Below, piece by piece: positions 50,835 through 63,861 of a DNA stretch of 64,000 nucleotides (the stretch's first letter is position 1; each line of letters begins with the position of its first letter). Source of the stretch: Lytechinus pictus (Eukaryota); assembly GCF_037042905.1 (NCBI RefSeq), contig NC_087248.1:14756001-14820000 (forward strand). Reading direction: 5' to 3'. The notes under the pieces were generated by a model. The model was not told the origin of the DNA, searched no databases, and saw only the letters and a list, made by a program, of their open reading frames with translations. A program made the position numbers and the translations under genes.

Positions 50835-51430
50835 ACACCCTGTTTAGAGGGGGAGGGGGGGGGGGGTCATCATTACAGAAATAATGAATAGTCTGTGATA
50901 CATGTATCTATTTTTTTAAGGATAAGTGTTTGGAGGGGGGGGGGGGTTATCATTACTGAAATGATAAATAGTTTGTGATATCATCTATTTTTGGAGGGGT
51001 ATAGTGTTTGGAGGGTGGGGGGCATCATTACAGAAATGATAAATAGTCTGTGATATCATCTATTTTTGTTCAGGGATACACTGTTTGAGGAACGGGGGGG
51101 GGGGGGGGGGGGCTCGTCATTACCGAAATAATAAATAGTCTGTGAAATTATCTATTTTGTTGAAGGATACACAGTGTTTTGCGGGGGGGGGGGGTCATCA
51201 TTACTGAAATAATAAATAGGCTGTGATATTATATATTTGTTGAAGGATACACTCTGTTTAGAGGGGGGGGGGGTCATCATTAAAGAACTAATGAATAGTC
51301 TGTGATACATGTATCTATTTTTTTAAGGATAAGTGTTTGGAGGGGGGGGGGGTCATCATTACAGAAATAGTTTTTAGTCTGTGATATTATCTTATTTGTT
51401 GAGGGATATAGTGTTTGAGTGGGGGTGGGG
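50832..51430. repeat. Minisatellite, about 7.3 units of ~77-90 bp, each with a poly-G tract
   Basis: Unit GATA(CA)CWGTGTTTGGA(G)nTCATCATTACAGAAATAATAAATAGTCTGTGATATCATCTATTTTG; units start near 50832, 50921, 50998, 51075, 51166, 51246, 51328, 51405. Confidence 0.9.
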
Positions 51431-52663
51431 CAGAGGGTGGGTCAGTACCAAGAATAACCAAACACCAAGGTTAATCTCACAAGAGCTTGTATGGAATTTG
51501 GATATTCAAGATTTTGATTTGGGTAAATTGTATATTTCTTAATATTCAAATTTAATAAATTCTCTATAGTGACATACACTATTCATTACTTCCTTTCATT
51601 ATTTTTTTTCCAAAAATATGAATGTGGATGGATGCAGTCCCCTTTCTATAATTTTTCTTTGTTCTCTGCGGCCTCCTGAACAATGATGGTCATATAATTT
51701 TCTATATTTGTCAGAGAGTCCAATGTGGATTTATATTTTCATTCTGTTCTAAGAGAGTCCATGGCTTGAGTCATTTAGACCAGCCCCAGCTCCCCCAAAT
51801 GATAATAACAATCATAAAAAGAGAGAAAAAAAGGAAATCTAAATACATAAATAAAAGAAAAAATAGGAATTCAACCTAACAGTGTGTCATTGAAAGAATC
51901 TGTACTGTATTGTTGTGAATCTACCTTTCTTTAAAACTGTTTTACGAGATTTTGATGATTGTACTGGCTTGATAAAAATTTTGGGGATTTACTCTTCTTT
52001 TCCCCCATTGTTCATTATTATGTACAATTTTACCAACCTTGGGAGAGAAGATAACAATTGAAATAGTGTCTGTTAAATTATTTATCTTATTTAAGTAAAG
52101 TTTGCAGACCTTGTGTTGTCATGAAATGGAAGTAAACAAGATTTGATTTTCAAAGAGGGACCTATGGCGCAACATCATTTTAAAGATTGTTGTAGGTCTA
52201 ACCTCTTTATACAAGGGGAAAAAATAGATTGGTACTACTTCATACTAGGTGGCATATATCGCTTTATCTGGGAGGAAAGTTGACTTTATTCAAGGAGGTT
52301 TGGCTAATAAGACTAATATCCTGGTTGTTGACGAACTTGGGTTTCTCCCTCCTCGCCTGAGCAAGCAAATGTCGGGTAGTGACTTCGTTGTGGTTGTGTA
52401 TCCTTTAGTTTTGTATGTCATAATCCTGACCCGAACTTAGCCCAAGCACCGTGACAGTGACAGCTATCGACCAGGAAAGAAGGCGATATATGAAACTATA
52501 ACCTGACCCAAACAGTGAGCAGCTTGGCTTCTGTCGGAGATTCTCTCTCTGCTTTACGTGGAATTACCGTGAGATAGACCAGCGTGCGGCTGATGTCATT
52601 ATTTTGTTGCTAATCACTAATCAGGACATTTCCTATTTTCTTTTTGTTTCGTCTCCATTACAG

Positions 52664-52707
52664 CCAAACATCACCGGATCATACCATGAATAGGAAAAAT
52701 GGAGGAG
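52664..52707 (+). CDS. 44-nt coding exon ((S)QTSPDHTMNRKNGG), phase 2 to phase 1
   Basis: Branch-like CTAAT motifs and a long polypyrimidine tract ending ccattacag at 52663; donor GAG|GTGAGT at 52708; frame open and compatible with both flanking exons; in-frame ACCATG with ATG at 52686. Confidence 0.8.
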
Positions 52708-52749
52708 GTGAGTACAAATTTATTCATTTTTAAGAACTTAAGTATAGAC

Positions 52750-53228
52750 ATTATACAAATAATGAATGTCTATGAGTGCAATGGACAGAATACTTCACGA
52801 GGTGAAAGATGAAATGATCCATTCAACGAGGCGTAGCCTCGTTGAATGGATCATTATTTCATCTTTCACCGAATGAAGTATTCTGTCCATTGCACAAATG
52901 AAAAAAACATTCATTATTTGGTTTATATCACACCTAAAAATTGATTTTTTTTTTTAAATATGAAATTCACGAATTTCGATGCAAACACGCTCATGCAGTG
53001 TGAGTTCGGTCTGTTGATAGTTACATCATTACAACATGCGCACTGCTGGTGCCTGCAGCTGCATGCAGTCTCGGTGCGCAAATGCAATGGACAAAATCGT
53101 ATGGATCCAAAATTGCACGATGAATGGATCCAAAATTGCACGGTTGATGACGTCATTGCAAAATGGGCTGAATGAACGATATCAAACAACCAATCAAATG
53201 ACAAGGATCTATCTCGGTGTCATATAAT
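52750..53228 (+). mobile_element. Crypton-like non-autonomous element, family B, copy 2 (intact hairpin)
   Basis: Ends ATTATA...TATAAT; hairpin 52756-52920 with apex GCGTAGC; internal tatatcacacc complementary to terminal ggtgtcatata; flanking tagacat direct repeat. Confidence 0.7.
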
Positions 53229-56200
53229 TAGACATATACTAGACCAGTTTGGTTTTAAAATGTTGTAACTCCCATCAGCCATAGTTGGAGGCTGCCAAAC
53301 TATGTAGAAAGAACATTCATTGGAGAGTGCATGCATGTGGTAGCTTTCTTGCTATGTCAGTGGAAAAAAAGTTGTCTTATACTTTAAGCCCCCCCCCTCC
53401 AATTTAGAAATATTCATTAAAACAGCATTCAAACTTAATTGTTCTGTACCCATATTAATTACATTAATGTGTTAATGTGATCCATTTAATACTTGGTTAT
53501 GAATTGTACAGGAATCATTAATGTTCCTCCGGGTAGCTAAAGTGTCATGTGACCTATGATGATCTCGGTGATATATAGTGCTCGTAGTGATCCTATGAGT
53601 TTGATAGATTGAAACAGGGAATCTATTTTAAAAACCGGGATGAATCAAAATGGTTGTTTGCCAATGACATTGAACTAATATGCCAAACCTACTTCCAGTT
53701 GTGTGCGAGGGTAATTCAGTCTACAAACTCATTTTCTTAGCTTTCGTGTCAATTGAAAATTTACTTTATTATGAATGTATCTTGTTTCTGCTGTTAAAAT
53801 TTGTTGATAAAAAAATTGAGGGATGTTATTACACATTTGAAAATTGAAAAAATGATAGAATGGATAAGTTAATTAATTAACAGAGGAATTGATGAGCTTT
53901 GCTTTGTAAACTTGGATTTTATAATGGTAGAATTAAATGAATAAAATGAGTGCAATCACAGGGGTCATTTTCAAAATTAATTGTCAAATTATGTTTTATG
54001 TTCAAGGGTTGTGGCTAAGACTGGGTCATTTCTGATATTTATTAGTGGTTTGATGAACACAATTTTTAGGGGTAATGGGGATTAATATATCTATCAAGAT
54101 AAGTGAAATAAATTTCAGATGTTGCTTTTCAAAAGTGTCATTGTTGTGTAAACATAAAAAGCAATATGATGGTTTAGTGAGCATGCATTGAAATAAAGGA
54201 CAAAAATGCTCACATTTTTACTCTAAAGATGGTACAAATATTTTTTCCCCTGTGAACACTGAAAAGCGTCATTGCTACATCTTTAAAGTAATTTTTGCTC
54301 AAACCTCAAAGAATTCCACCATTTTGATGGTTAGAAATTCTCTCTCATGATGAGAATTTCTATCCACAGTTTATCATACAAATATTCGGTCAGGGTCCTA
54401 GGAAAGTAGGTCCCTCTTTGTAAGAACACCAACATGACCAAGGAAAGGTTTGGGTATTTCCTTCTGCACAAGAACATGTTACAGTCCTTTTATGATTAAT
54501 CCCAAATAGAAGCGTCCAGCCAAAAAGATAATGCAATGTATGCTAAATTCTGTGTTTCTATTGAAATACGATTGTATACCAAAAAAGTCGGATTTTCTCT
54601 TAGTTATTGCTATTTCTTCAGTCTTTGTATCCCTTTTCCCCCTACCGGTTCCTATTCTAGTGTATGTAGATTTTACCCAGTTTAGATTTTGTGTATCAAA
54701 ATACTTCTATTCAAGGTGATTTTGTAAATGTTTAAAGGTATCTTTTTAATGTGTATTCTATTTTAGGGAACCCAGATAATCTTGCTTGTAAGACCTTTGC
54801 CATGATTCGCTTCTATGATATATCAATTAAAGATCATGTTATAGCACTTGCTATAAAGCATCGTTCAATTCTCACCGATAACCCAAGTCAAGTCACATGA
54901 CTTCATGTTCTATAACACATCGTTCAATTAACGAGTTTCCTTCCCGCCAGTTGCCGTAAAAGGGGGTCGGCATTTGCGATAAGAGACCTATGCTATGCAC
55001 GAGTCACGTCTCGATTGCTCCACGTGCAGTATCGTCCTGTGTGAGGTTGCTGGTTGGATTGCCATGAGTGGAAAGACATCTAGAGATGTCATTTATTTGA
55101 AATCATGTCACCGTACTTGAATGCTACTTCCACAGATTGTGAATTATGATCAGAAATCTAATGAAAAAAAATAACACTTTGGAATTATGTACTTATGAAT
55201 ATTGCTTTAGGGACAGTTTTGTAAATATAAGGATTATTTAATGTTAGCTATTGTCTATAATTCAATTAATTTATTTCATCTTTTCACATTTACAATGACA
55301 GTATAAATTACATATTTACAACATATAATATATAAGTCAATCTGTACTAGAACAACAGCATGAAATTGAAAGAGGAGGCCGACTAAATGGCAGAGCTTGT
55401 ATAGGGTGAAGGCCACCTTTTATGTACATATCGAAAATATAAATTATAAATATAGATATAAATTTAGGTGGATGAAGAGGCTATTATGATTACAGAATTC
55501 AGTAGTCAAGTAGTTAAAAGGTAAATAAAAAGGCTAAATTTTGGCAAGAAACTAATTATGCTGTAACTGGTGCATATAATTTGTTCAGACCAGCACTAAA
55601 TATTATGCAATATCACATCATCACCAGACCTAGTTAATACAAACATTGAAAACATTGCACAGTCGGACAGTCCCCTTCAAGTAACTCCTATTTCATTTTT
55701 AGTGACCTAATCAATGACTTTTTTGGGGGGGGGGGGAATTTTTCTTGAAGAGCCCTTAAGGAAGTGACTCAGCATATTCAGAAAAGTTCTTCTGGAAACA
55801 CTTAGTAATTATGTTTGAGGAGTATTTCCTCTGCCAATTCATGTAATCTTACACAACTTGGTTGAGTGCAGTAATTAGCTATTCGCACAAGCCACAACTG
55901 AAGTCCACAAAATTGTTGGTTTCTAAATTGACATAAAGAGCCCTGGGAATTGTTTATAGCGGATATGTTGTGGCGACTAACATGATAAATTCATGTTGAT
56001 TTATGGTATTTATTCATTTTAATTTTGTTTATTGACTTTACTTTTTAACCTCAAATTTTTGTGTTATTCATCCCAATTGATAATTTCAAAATGTTAATAC
56101 TTATTTTACCTATAATTCATTTTTTATTCCATTATGTCTCTTATTCAATCGTTCTTTCTTTCCATTATTCGATCATTCTGTGAGTCATTTGATCGTTTTG

Positions 56201-56911
56201 GTCATTCTCATATTCATTTATAGCTTTCCTTTCTTTCTTTCTTCGATCCATTATTTTTTCATTCTTTATCAATGCCATCATTCCTGTTTATATACATTAT
56301 GTATTTCATGTCAAATATCTTGGAACCCACTGTTAGATAATTTCTTATGCACAGTTGGTGTTTGTTTCTAGCATGAAACAAGTAAAATTCATTTCAATTC
56401 AGTTCAGTTCAATCGGCCCAATTAATTCCCTATTATTTAGAGGAAAGTTTCTTGTTGAGCAGTCTATACCTCTTACTGCCCCAACTGTCAACCTGACTTT
56501 AAAATAAACAACAGAAACATAGCCATCACCCGTAATTACTGTGCTGAATTACAGCCCCTTTCTCAGTGTTCACCTCTTTTCTCCGATAGATAGGTAATCA
56601 GGCGTTATCTCCTCAAAAGGTTGATATCCTGTGAATTACTTTGAAATTAACCCTGATGTTTTCCAGAGGGTTGCTTGCCTGAATACTGCCGTATCATTTG
56701 CCATAGATTAACAGTATCGAGCGTGAAGGGGGTATCAGTTAATGTGATATGATTAGGTGACAGAAGCCCAGGAAAGCCTTTAGCAGTTACAGTCTGGCGC
56801 AGGTGTATATTGAGGCCAATTACGTATGTATAATACGTTCGCAGGGTTTGTCAAGGGTTGAACTCTAGCTTGAAGACATCACTTGCTGGCCAGTGCAGGA
56901 CTCTTTTTATG

Positions 56912-57505
56912 TACAGTGGTATGGTGAGACTACCACATATCGACCACCTCTTTTGAAACCGACCACCTTGCGCGCGTTAAAATTATTGCATATTACAAAC
57001 GATACGCGCGGGAGAGTAGGCGCAGTGTCCATAGAAACGGTAAGAATCGATTTTACGAGAAAAAAAGAAGCAACAAGAAGTAAAAATTTAGTAGAATTAA
57101 ACTAAATTGTATTGACCAGACCCAAACCCCGCTGAAAAACCAAGAAATCCGATAGGAAACGGCTCTAGAACAAATATCCGTCGTCAATCGTTGAATCATG
57201 TGCCGGAGCTCGCAGTGGAAGTAGTGAGACGATCATATAGCATGTTGACATCATAGAACTGATTTGGAAGAGTAAAAATATTTCGCCACCGCGACAAGAA
57301 TCGGTCGTAAACTCAATGTACCGCGGGTGGTCGGTTTCAAAAGACGGGTGCAAATGAGCAAATGTAAAATCGTCGTATTCGTTGTTCGTCGATATATACG
57401 CGGATTGAATCGGAGTCGCCGAGCGAAACATGGGAATCTGATCTGCTCAATTTTCTTCACAAATGAGACGAAAACTGGGTAAAATTGAAGAATATTTTCG
57501 ATAAG
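56912..57505. mobile_element. CpG-rich end fragment of an unclassified DNA transposon
   Basis: Starts ta|cagtgg, repeated cgaccacct, inverted repeat tcttttgaaaccgaccacc / ggtggtcggtttcaaaaga (~56948 and ~57326); no matching right TIR found. Confidence 0.5.
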
Positions 57506-57543
57506 GGGTAGTTCCAACCATACATTGGCATGAAGCAAAGATA

Positions 57544-57770
57544 CATTCTAATTTCAAGGATTTGAAATAAAATCAGACTGGCTGTGAATAGTGATCATTG
57601 GAGTTAGAGTTAAACTGTGTGGATTGGAATATAAAGCTAATAGGTTTGAATTCAAATCTTTTAAGATTTAGAAGTTGATCTTTAGGATTAAAAATAAATC
57701 CAATTATTCAGCTATTCACTATTCACAGCCCATGCATCTGGAATTGTTTTAAGTCCTTGAAATTTGAGTG
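57544..57770. mobile_element. CACTCTAAATT fold-back MITE (CACTA-like)
   Basis: TA flanks; long imperfect TIRs including ggctgtgaatagtga / tcactattcacagcc. Confidence 0.8.
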
Positions 57771-58453
57771 TAGGGGATGAGTTATATGGTGCACTTTTTC
57801 TGAAAATGTGTGAGTAAAAGCAACCAGTCCTGAAATAATATTAAACAAAAAAATGTCAAAATTTGGTAATCAGATTGTCCAGAAATTAAAGAAATTTAAA
57901 TGAAAGAAATATGATTTAGAAAGTAGAGAAATTCTGAAATGGAATCATGCAATTTTATGATTTTGTAGGGGGGGGGTGGCACTCCAGCCTCCAATAACCC
58001 ATTACAAGTATTTAAGTGTTTATTTAAAAAACAAACTGTTCTTTTTCCAACAGACCTGGAAACCATTTATACCTTTATTAGAAACATGCTAATAAACAGA
58101 GAACAAGAAAGCAGATTGAAATAAAAACACATGAATATTGTCATTTTGCATTTTGACTGCTATTAATATTGTAGAATATAACTGAAGCAGGCCACCTGTG
58201 TCCAGGTGCTTGAATACATTGTAAAAAAAATGTTCTATTATTAGCATATTGTGGTGTTTTTACCTGTTATGAAGTTGTTGACTTCATTGCACTCTATTGA
58301 CTTTGTTAGTGGTTGGTTGAATTTGTAAAAAATAGTTTTCAGAAGCAATTAAACACAGTTTCGTGCCAGACTAACCATAAGTACATGTGCTTTTTTGAAA
58401 ACAGTTTTTGAAGCTCACTAGGTCAAAATTATTACCATACAATATGAAATACC

Positions 58454-58670
58454 GAGCATTGTGGCTCAGTGGTAGAGCGCTTGCCTCATGAACGGGAGGT
58501 CGTGGGAGTCATACCAAAGACTCGTCAAAATGGGACCTTCTGCCTTGTTTCTAGGCGCTCAGGGTTTTAGATTAGAGAAGGTTACTATAACATGCTATTT
58601 TTTACAGGGCCTGCTAAAAGAACAGCTTACAGCTGACTGGGTACCCTGGGTAAATACAAGTTATTAATGA
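58454..58670 (+). mobile_element. tRNA-derived SINE (family of 19031) with the B box deleted
   Basis: A box TGGCTCAGTGG, ctcatgaac, gtcgtgg joined directly to gagtcataccaaa; tail gggtaccctgggtaaata. Confidence 0.85.
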
Positions 58671-61600
58671 TATAATATTTAGATTTGGTCACTTCAAAGT
58701 CATTTGAAATTTTCAAAGTTCATTTTTCACTCCAAATTCACTCTATAAATTTCGGTTTACTAAATTTGGTCAAAAGTAATGATTTGTTTCAAACTGAAAT
58801 AGCCTAAACTTTTTTTTAGAAATAAAACAACACTGTTGAGTACCTTAAAATCAATGTTGAATTCAAACCAACAGTTTTAGTAGAGATATAATTAATGTGA
58901 ATCGGGTAATTTAGGTTGGTCTATCATCAAATTGGACAAAAGTGTTATTACTGTTACCAATTTTTTAATTGATTCTCTGTGAAAGTCTGAATGTGGCTCT
59001 TAATTTAGAAAATTTGCAATTGTATTCTAATATTTGTGGGCACACTCTATGGTGGAGAAGTGGTTTTATATATGTTTAAAAAAGGATTAATTGGGAGCCA
59101 ATGATTCTTTATTTGTAGTTCATAGATTTTAAAATCTTTATCAATACATTTGATTCATCCTTGTTTCAACCTTTGAATTTCTTTGAAAATTTTAATTTCA
59201 CATTTTATGATATTACATGGCCTCTCTTTTTAATTTGGTTAATTTTTCTTCTTCATAAAACGCTCTTTGAACATTTATCATACAAAGTTGGTGCTTGCAT
59301 AATATATAACAGATAGAAACAGATATTTTGTTGTGAATTTTTTATAGCTAATTTCATTCTTAAAAAGTGATTATATACCCCCCCCCTCAAAAAAAGAAGA
59401 AAAAGTGGGTATATATTTAACAAAAAATTGTTGGTACCCTGAGCAACCCTCAAAATATTTTGATGTAAATTCACAAGCATAACTGTTTCTGGACATAAAT
59501 TTTGATTCCTTGATATTGCTTTTATGTATTACTGGAAAAGTTACCAGCACTTTTGGGGTGATGGGCTATGTTTGGAGCTGTCAGATGAGGCATCAAATGA
59601 TGATTAATCTTTTTAACTTTCAGTTTCTTATCGCTGTCTATAAGGCATTACCCATTTACAAAGTCAAATCCTGAGTTTCTATCTAATCTATTAAAGAGTC
59701 TTTAAGCATCATGGCACAATGGGCATTGAGGAATTATTGCGTGACTGTATGTCATGTATATTGGGCATATGTTTTATTTTAAGATATGGATGTGTGAGTA
59801 TATTATAGTATGTGACAGATCAATGATGTAAGATTAATCATGTAACAAACAATAGTTCTTGATGATGAGGTGCAGATTCAGGAGATAGTGGCGGATCTAA
59901 CTTTTTGCTAAGAGGGGGGTGTGACAAGTTAGTGTGACCCAATAACGATTTACTGCGATGTAATGCGTCCTTTACCCCCCCTGTAGATCTACCACTGTTC
60001 TGCTTGCGCGACTCTCTCGTAAACAGGGAAGGGATGATGATTTCTTAGGTAAACCATCGTACCCAGCTTGATTCTGCTGCTACCTGAGAGGTACAAACCT
60101 ATCAACGAGGGTATCGTTCATTTATAAATGAATCCTAACCGACAGATGCGAACGTTTGCTGGTTGCCTGACGTCATCAGCATTGACGGTGCGGATTGGCG
60201 CATCAGCTTGCTCATGAATAATTTACATCTCCACCAGAATCCAAAAGGCCTCAACACTGGGCGTATTTACTGGGTCAGATGGTATCGTGGGGTAGTCTTG
60301 TCTTAGTCCAAGTGTGGCTTGGTAATAACCTAAGTCATGAGGTCTCGTCAAAGGGTTCAAACGAGAATATGGGTCAGGAGCTGCGCAGATGTTCAGGACA
60401 CCATAAAGCTGGCCCATTTCCCTACTCTCCCTGATTCCACGATTTGATAACGTAACATGTTTCGAGTATGAACTGTCCCCTGTGTTGCCAACTTCCAGTG
60501 CATGGCGATTGTCTCATCGATAGGAGTTTTATTTTCCTTACAATCTTTCAGATCTTGAGATCAACAACTACTCCAAGTTATAATATATCATAAAACAAAT
60601 ATATTTGATAAAAACAAAAAGGAAAACAAAATATTCCTGTTTGATGCCATGATACATGTATTTCAACATTATATCTGATTTTAGAATCCTAGATATTAAA
60701 ACTATTCAGCAAAAAAGGACTGGTCATGTGACTGTGGATGGCACATAGCCAAGCTTATGTTGTCTTTTAAAGAAATGTTGCAGTCCCAAAATTCTGTTCC
60801 CAATCAAAGGAACGATTTCTATGCCAAAAAGAATATTGGATTCATTTGGAATGTGCTGAGATTACTAATGCAATGATTTATGTGTTTTGTTGACAAAGTG
60901 CACATGAAAATGCAGGAAATACAGAACGTACTTCCTCCTTGCATGCCATACCTCTGATAAAATACTTCATGTAATGAAATATCTGTACTGAGATATGACA
61001 TTTCAAATTGAAAAAAGAAAATAATTTCAGCCTGTGGATGTATTCAAGGTCATGGTTTGGATAAGAGTTCTTGATTTATGACTACCATTCTGAAATGAAA
61101 TACCAAGCCAATCAAGAATCCATGGGTCCCTAAATTGTGCATACCCCAACTGAGGGTGAATAAAAGTTTATCCGGGGGGGGGGGGGGGGGGGTGCTCAGG
61201 GTGGAGAAATGGGGCACTTTTTTAATGAAGATTGACAAGCCCCCCCCCCTTGCCAAAAAGTGAAAATATGAATGAATAAATAAAAATAAATAAATAGATA
61301 CTATAAATATAAAGTTATTACAACTCAAAGTGAACAGTTTAAAGACCTGACTTTTGAGAAACAAAACAAAAAAGTGGGTGAAAGAAAGGGGAGATTTGCT
61401 CACCCCCTGGATCCACTCTTCATCTGCACCTTCCCCTACCCCCTCCCCAAACATCACCTTCCTCAATACGCAGATTGTCAGGTTTTGATTCCTATTATGA
61501 TTGATGTAGTTTCTATGAGAGACATCTATCAAAAGTTGGTTTCTTATCGTGATTAATAAATTTATTAATTACTTCCTGATTAAAAGTAAGAATGTAAAAT

Positions 61601-61885
61601 AAAGCTATGATCATGGTTGTGTTAGAAGTAGCAGTATTGTGTTGTTCTTTTAAAATGTAATACAATGGCTCGATCCAGCAAATTGACCGACTTTGTTGAA
61701 AAGAGACAAAAAGGGGTATCGAATTATGAAAAAAAGAATATTAGAGTGTAATACAGTGTTGTTTTCAAATTGATGTGTTAAAAGAAATATAATGACAAGA
61801 TTGATTTACAGAAACTACTTTTTGAATAGCCCTATTTATTAAACATATTATGTATATGAAACTTGCCCTTTATGGCAACAAAATA

Positions 61886-62117
61886 CACTCTAAATTCCAA
61901 GGATTTAAAATAAATCCAGTTCGGCTGTGAATAGTGACCAGCCGAATGTTTAATTCATTTAAATCTTAAGGATTCGCTTTTGATTCTCAAAAGATTTAAA
62001 TTTAAATCTTTTTAGATTTATATTTAAATCAACAAGGTTTAAATCTAAATCTAATATTCGGCTGGTCACTATTCACAGCCGATCTAGATTTATTATAAAT
62101 CCTTGGAATTTAGAGTG
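61886..62117. mobile_element. CACTCTAAATT fold-back MITE (CACTA-like), best-preserved copy
   Basis: TIR CACTCTAAATTCCAAGGATTTA / TAAATCCTTGGAATTTAGAGTG extending ~60 bp; flanks TA/TG. Confidence 0.88.
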
Positions 62118-62245
62118 TGATCTATACTAATTCAATACCATTCAGATATCCTTACTCACAATCACAGACAAAGATTTTGGGATGATATCTAAATCTCGAT
62201 GATCTAACGAAGAATCTCTATTTTTGTTTACTTTGTTTTTTGCAG

Positions 62246-62398
62246 CATCAGGGGGTAGCAATAGGGGCGATACAGCGAAGAAAAAGCGAAGCCTGAGTCT
62301 GAAAGGTATCCTGAAGGGTATAGGAGACCACTTCAGAGGACAGGGTGGCAGTGCCTCCAACTCACCACCTAAAGCAGAAGGGTCTGTGGATCACTCTG
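62246..62398 (+). CDS. 153-nt coding exon ((A)SGGSNRGDTAKKKRSLSLKGILKGIGDHFRGQGGSASNSPPKAEGSVDHS), phase 1 to phase 1; gene continues beyond the window
   Basis: Acceptor ctttgttttttgcag ending 62245, donor CTG|GTAAGC at 62399; GC content above the flanks; same frame as track ORF 62224..62418 and in frame with the upstream exon. Confidence 0.85.
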
Positions 62399-62519
62399 GT
62401 AAGCATCTCAAAGGATAAAACTCCAGCCTCTTGCCATAGTCAGTTAATATTTATAGTCAGTTCTTGTATAGTGCATAACACATTATGAATAACGTCTCTA
62501 TGCTATAAATGGACATATT

Positions 62520-62765
62520 ATTTTATCATTATTATGCGCTTCCAAAGGACTTGGATATTATTACCCCGGCTGTAGCTCTAGCTTCCAGCGCTCTGCATTT
62601 CAAGGAATAAATTTTTGCCAGGTACCCATTCACCTCACCTGGGTTGAGTGCAGCACAATGTGGATAAATTTCTTGCTGAAGGAAACTACCCCATGGCTGG
62701 GATTTGAACCCATGACCCTCTGTTTCAAAGTCCGGAGACTAATCCACTGGGCCACAATGCTCCAC
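62520..62765 (-). mobile_element. tRNA-derived SINE, near full length
   Basis: Reverse A box ccactgggcca 62744-62754, reverse B box ggatttgaacc 62700-62710, core ccaggtacccattcacctcacctggg, AT-rich tail. Confidence 0.88.
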
Positions 62766-63194
62766 GGTTAGTCACACCAGTGAAACTGACTCCATTGTGA
62801 CCAAAGTTATTATTTATAGCCAATCTCACAGCCCTGCTGTTGCTTGGTTTAGAGTCGGTTCCATTGGCTAGACTGTAGCATCGGGTCAGGTAGCCTATAA
62901 TTTATACGGAGGTAGCAGCTACATGTATATCTTTGCTGTTACGCTAAACATAAGTGATACGTCTGATGATGAAGACTACGTAAAGTGACTGCAAAGCAGC
63001 TCCCACCTGTACACTCCTGTCTTGCTTACGCCGTTGTATTTTTTTTTTTTTGGGGGGGTCGACCAGGATTCATTGTGTTAGGATATTAGTAAAGGAAAGG
63101 TGGGAGGGGGCACTGCCCCTGGGTCCCCCACCCTATATGCCCCTTTACTGTAAATGCACAAGAAATAATCTGAACCCTATAAATCACAATCCGT

Positions 63195-63368
63195 GAGTGA
63201 GACTAGGGACCGATCCTTTTGGAATGAAGTGCTCATCCTATAGCTCTTTTTTGCCCCTTTTGAGGCAAACTGCCTTTTAAAAGATAGTTTCACTCCAATA
63301 AGACCTTAAATCCACTCTCAAAAGATGTACAAGCTCACTCCAAAAGGGACTGGTCCCTGGCCTCACTC
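63195..63368. repeat. Degenerate fold-back element
   Basis: gagtgagactagggacc..ccttttggaatga / tcactccaaaaggg..ggtccctggcctcactc. Confidence 0.6.
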
Positions 63369-63861
63369 TTAAAGAAGTGTGATAGCTTCCAAATGAGGAA
63401 ATAGCATTTTAGAGAGTATGTGAGGTTTTTAAAACAAATTTATTTTTGCCTGTGTTACCCTTTCACTATTTCAACTATCATATGTTTTATTATGCAATTC
63501 TTGAAATGATTCCCTACAACCTGGACATGCTATGTGATAGTAGAGATTGGATTGTACCTGTTGATTACGGTGAGGCAGGGCCCCTTCTTCACTTCCTGTC
63601 GAGATTTCCAGGTTTACTTCCTGCCCTCCCAAGACATCTATTCCAACAAACCTTTGACACTCTGCTACAATTCTTCATCTATCCCAGCTCCCTTTCTTAC
63701 TAATTCTTGAATCCATTACAGGCCATTGGTGTGTATTCTGAACTCAGGTTATGATTTAAATTGTGGTCTAAAGTTGTGGTTTAACTAAAGAGATAGCCAA
63801 TATCGACGGGGATCTCAAAATGTGCAGGTTCAATTGATTAGCTTAACTATCTTTGTGAATA

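Noticed and set aside
62246-62398. Naming the gene PRKAG2/SNF4A-gamma
   Set aside because: Only a ten-residue resemblance in a low-complexity region; no CBS domain exons are in the window.
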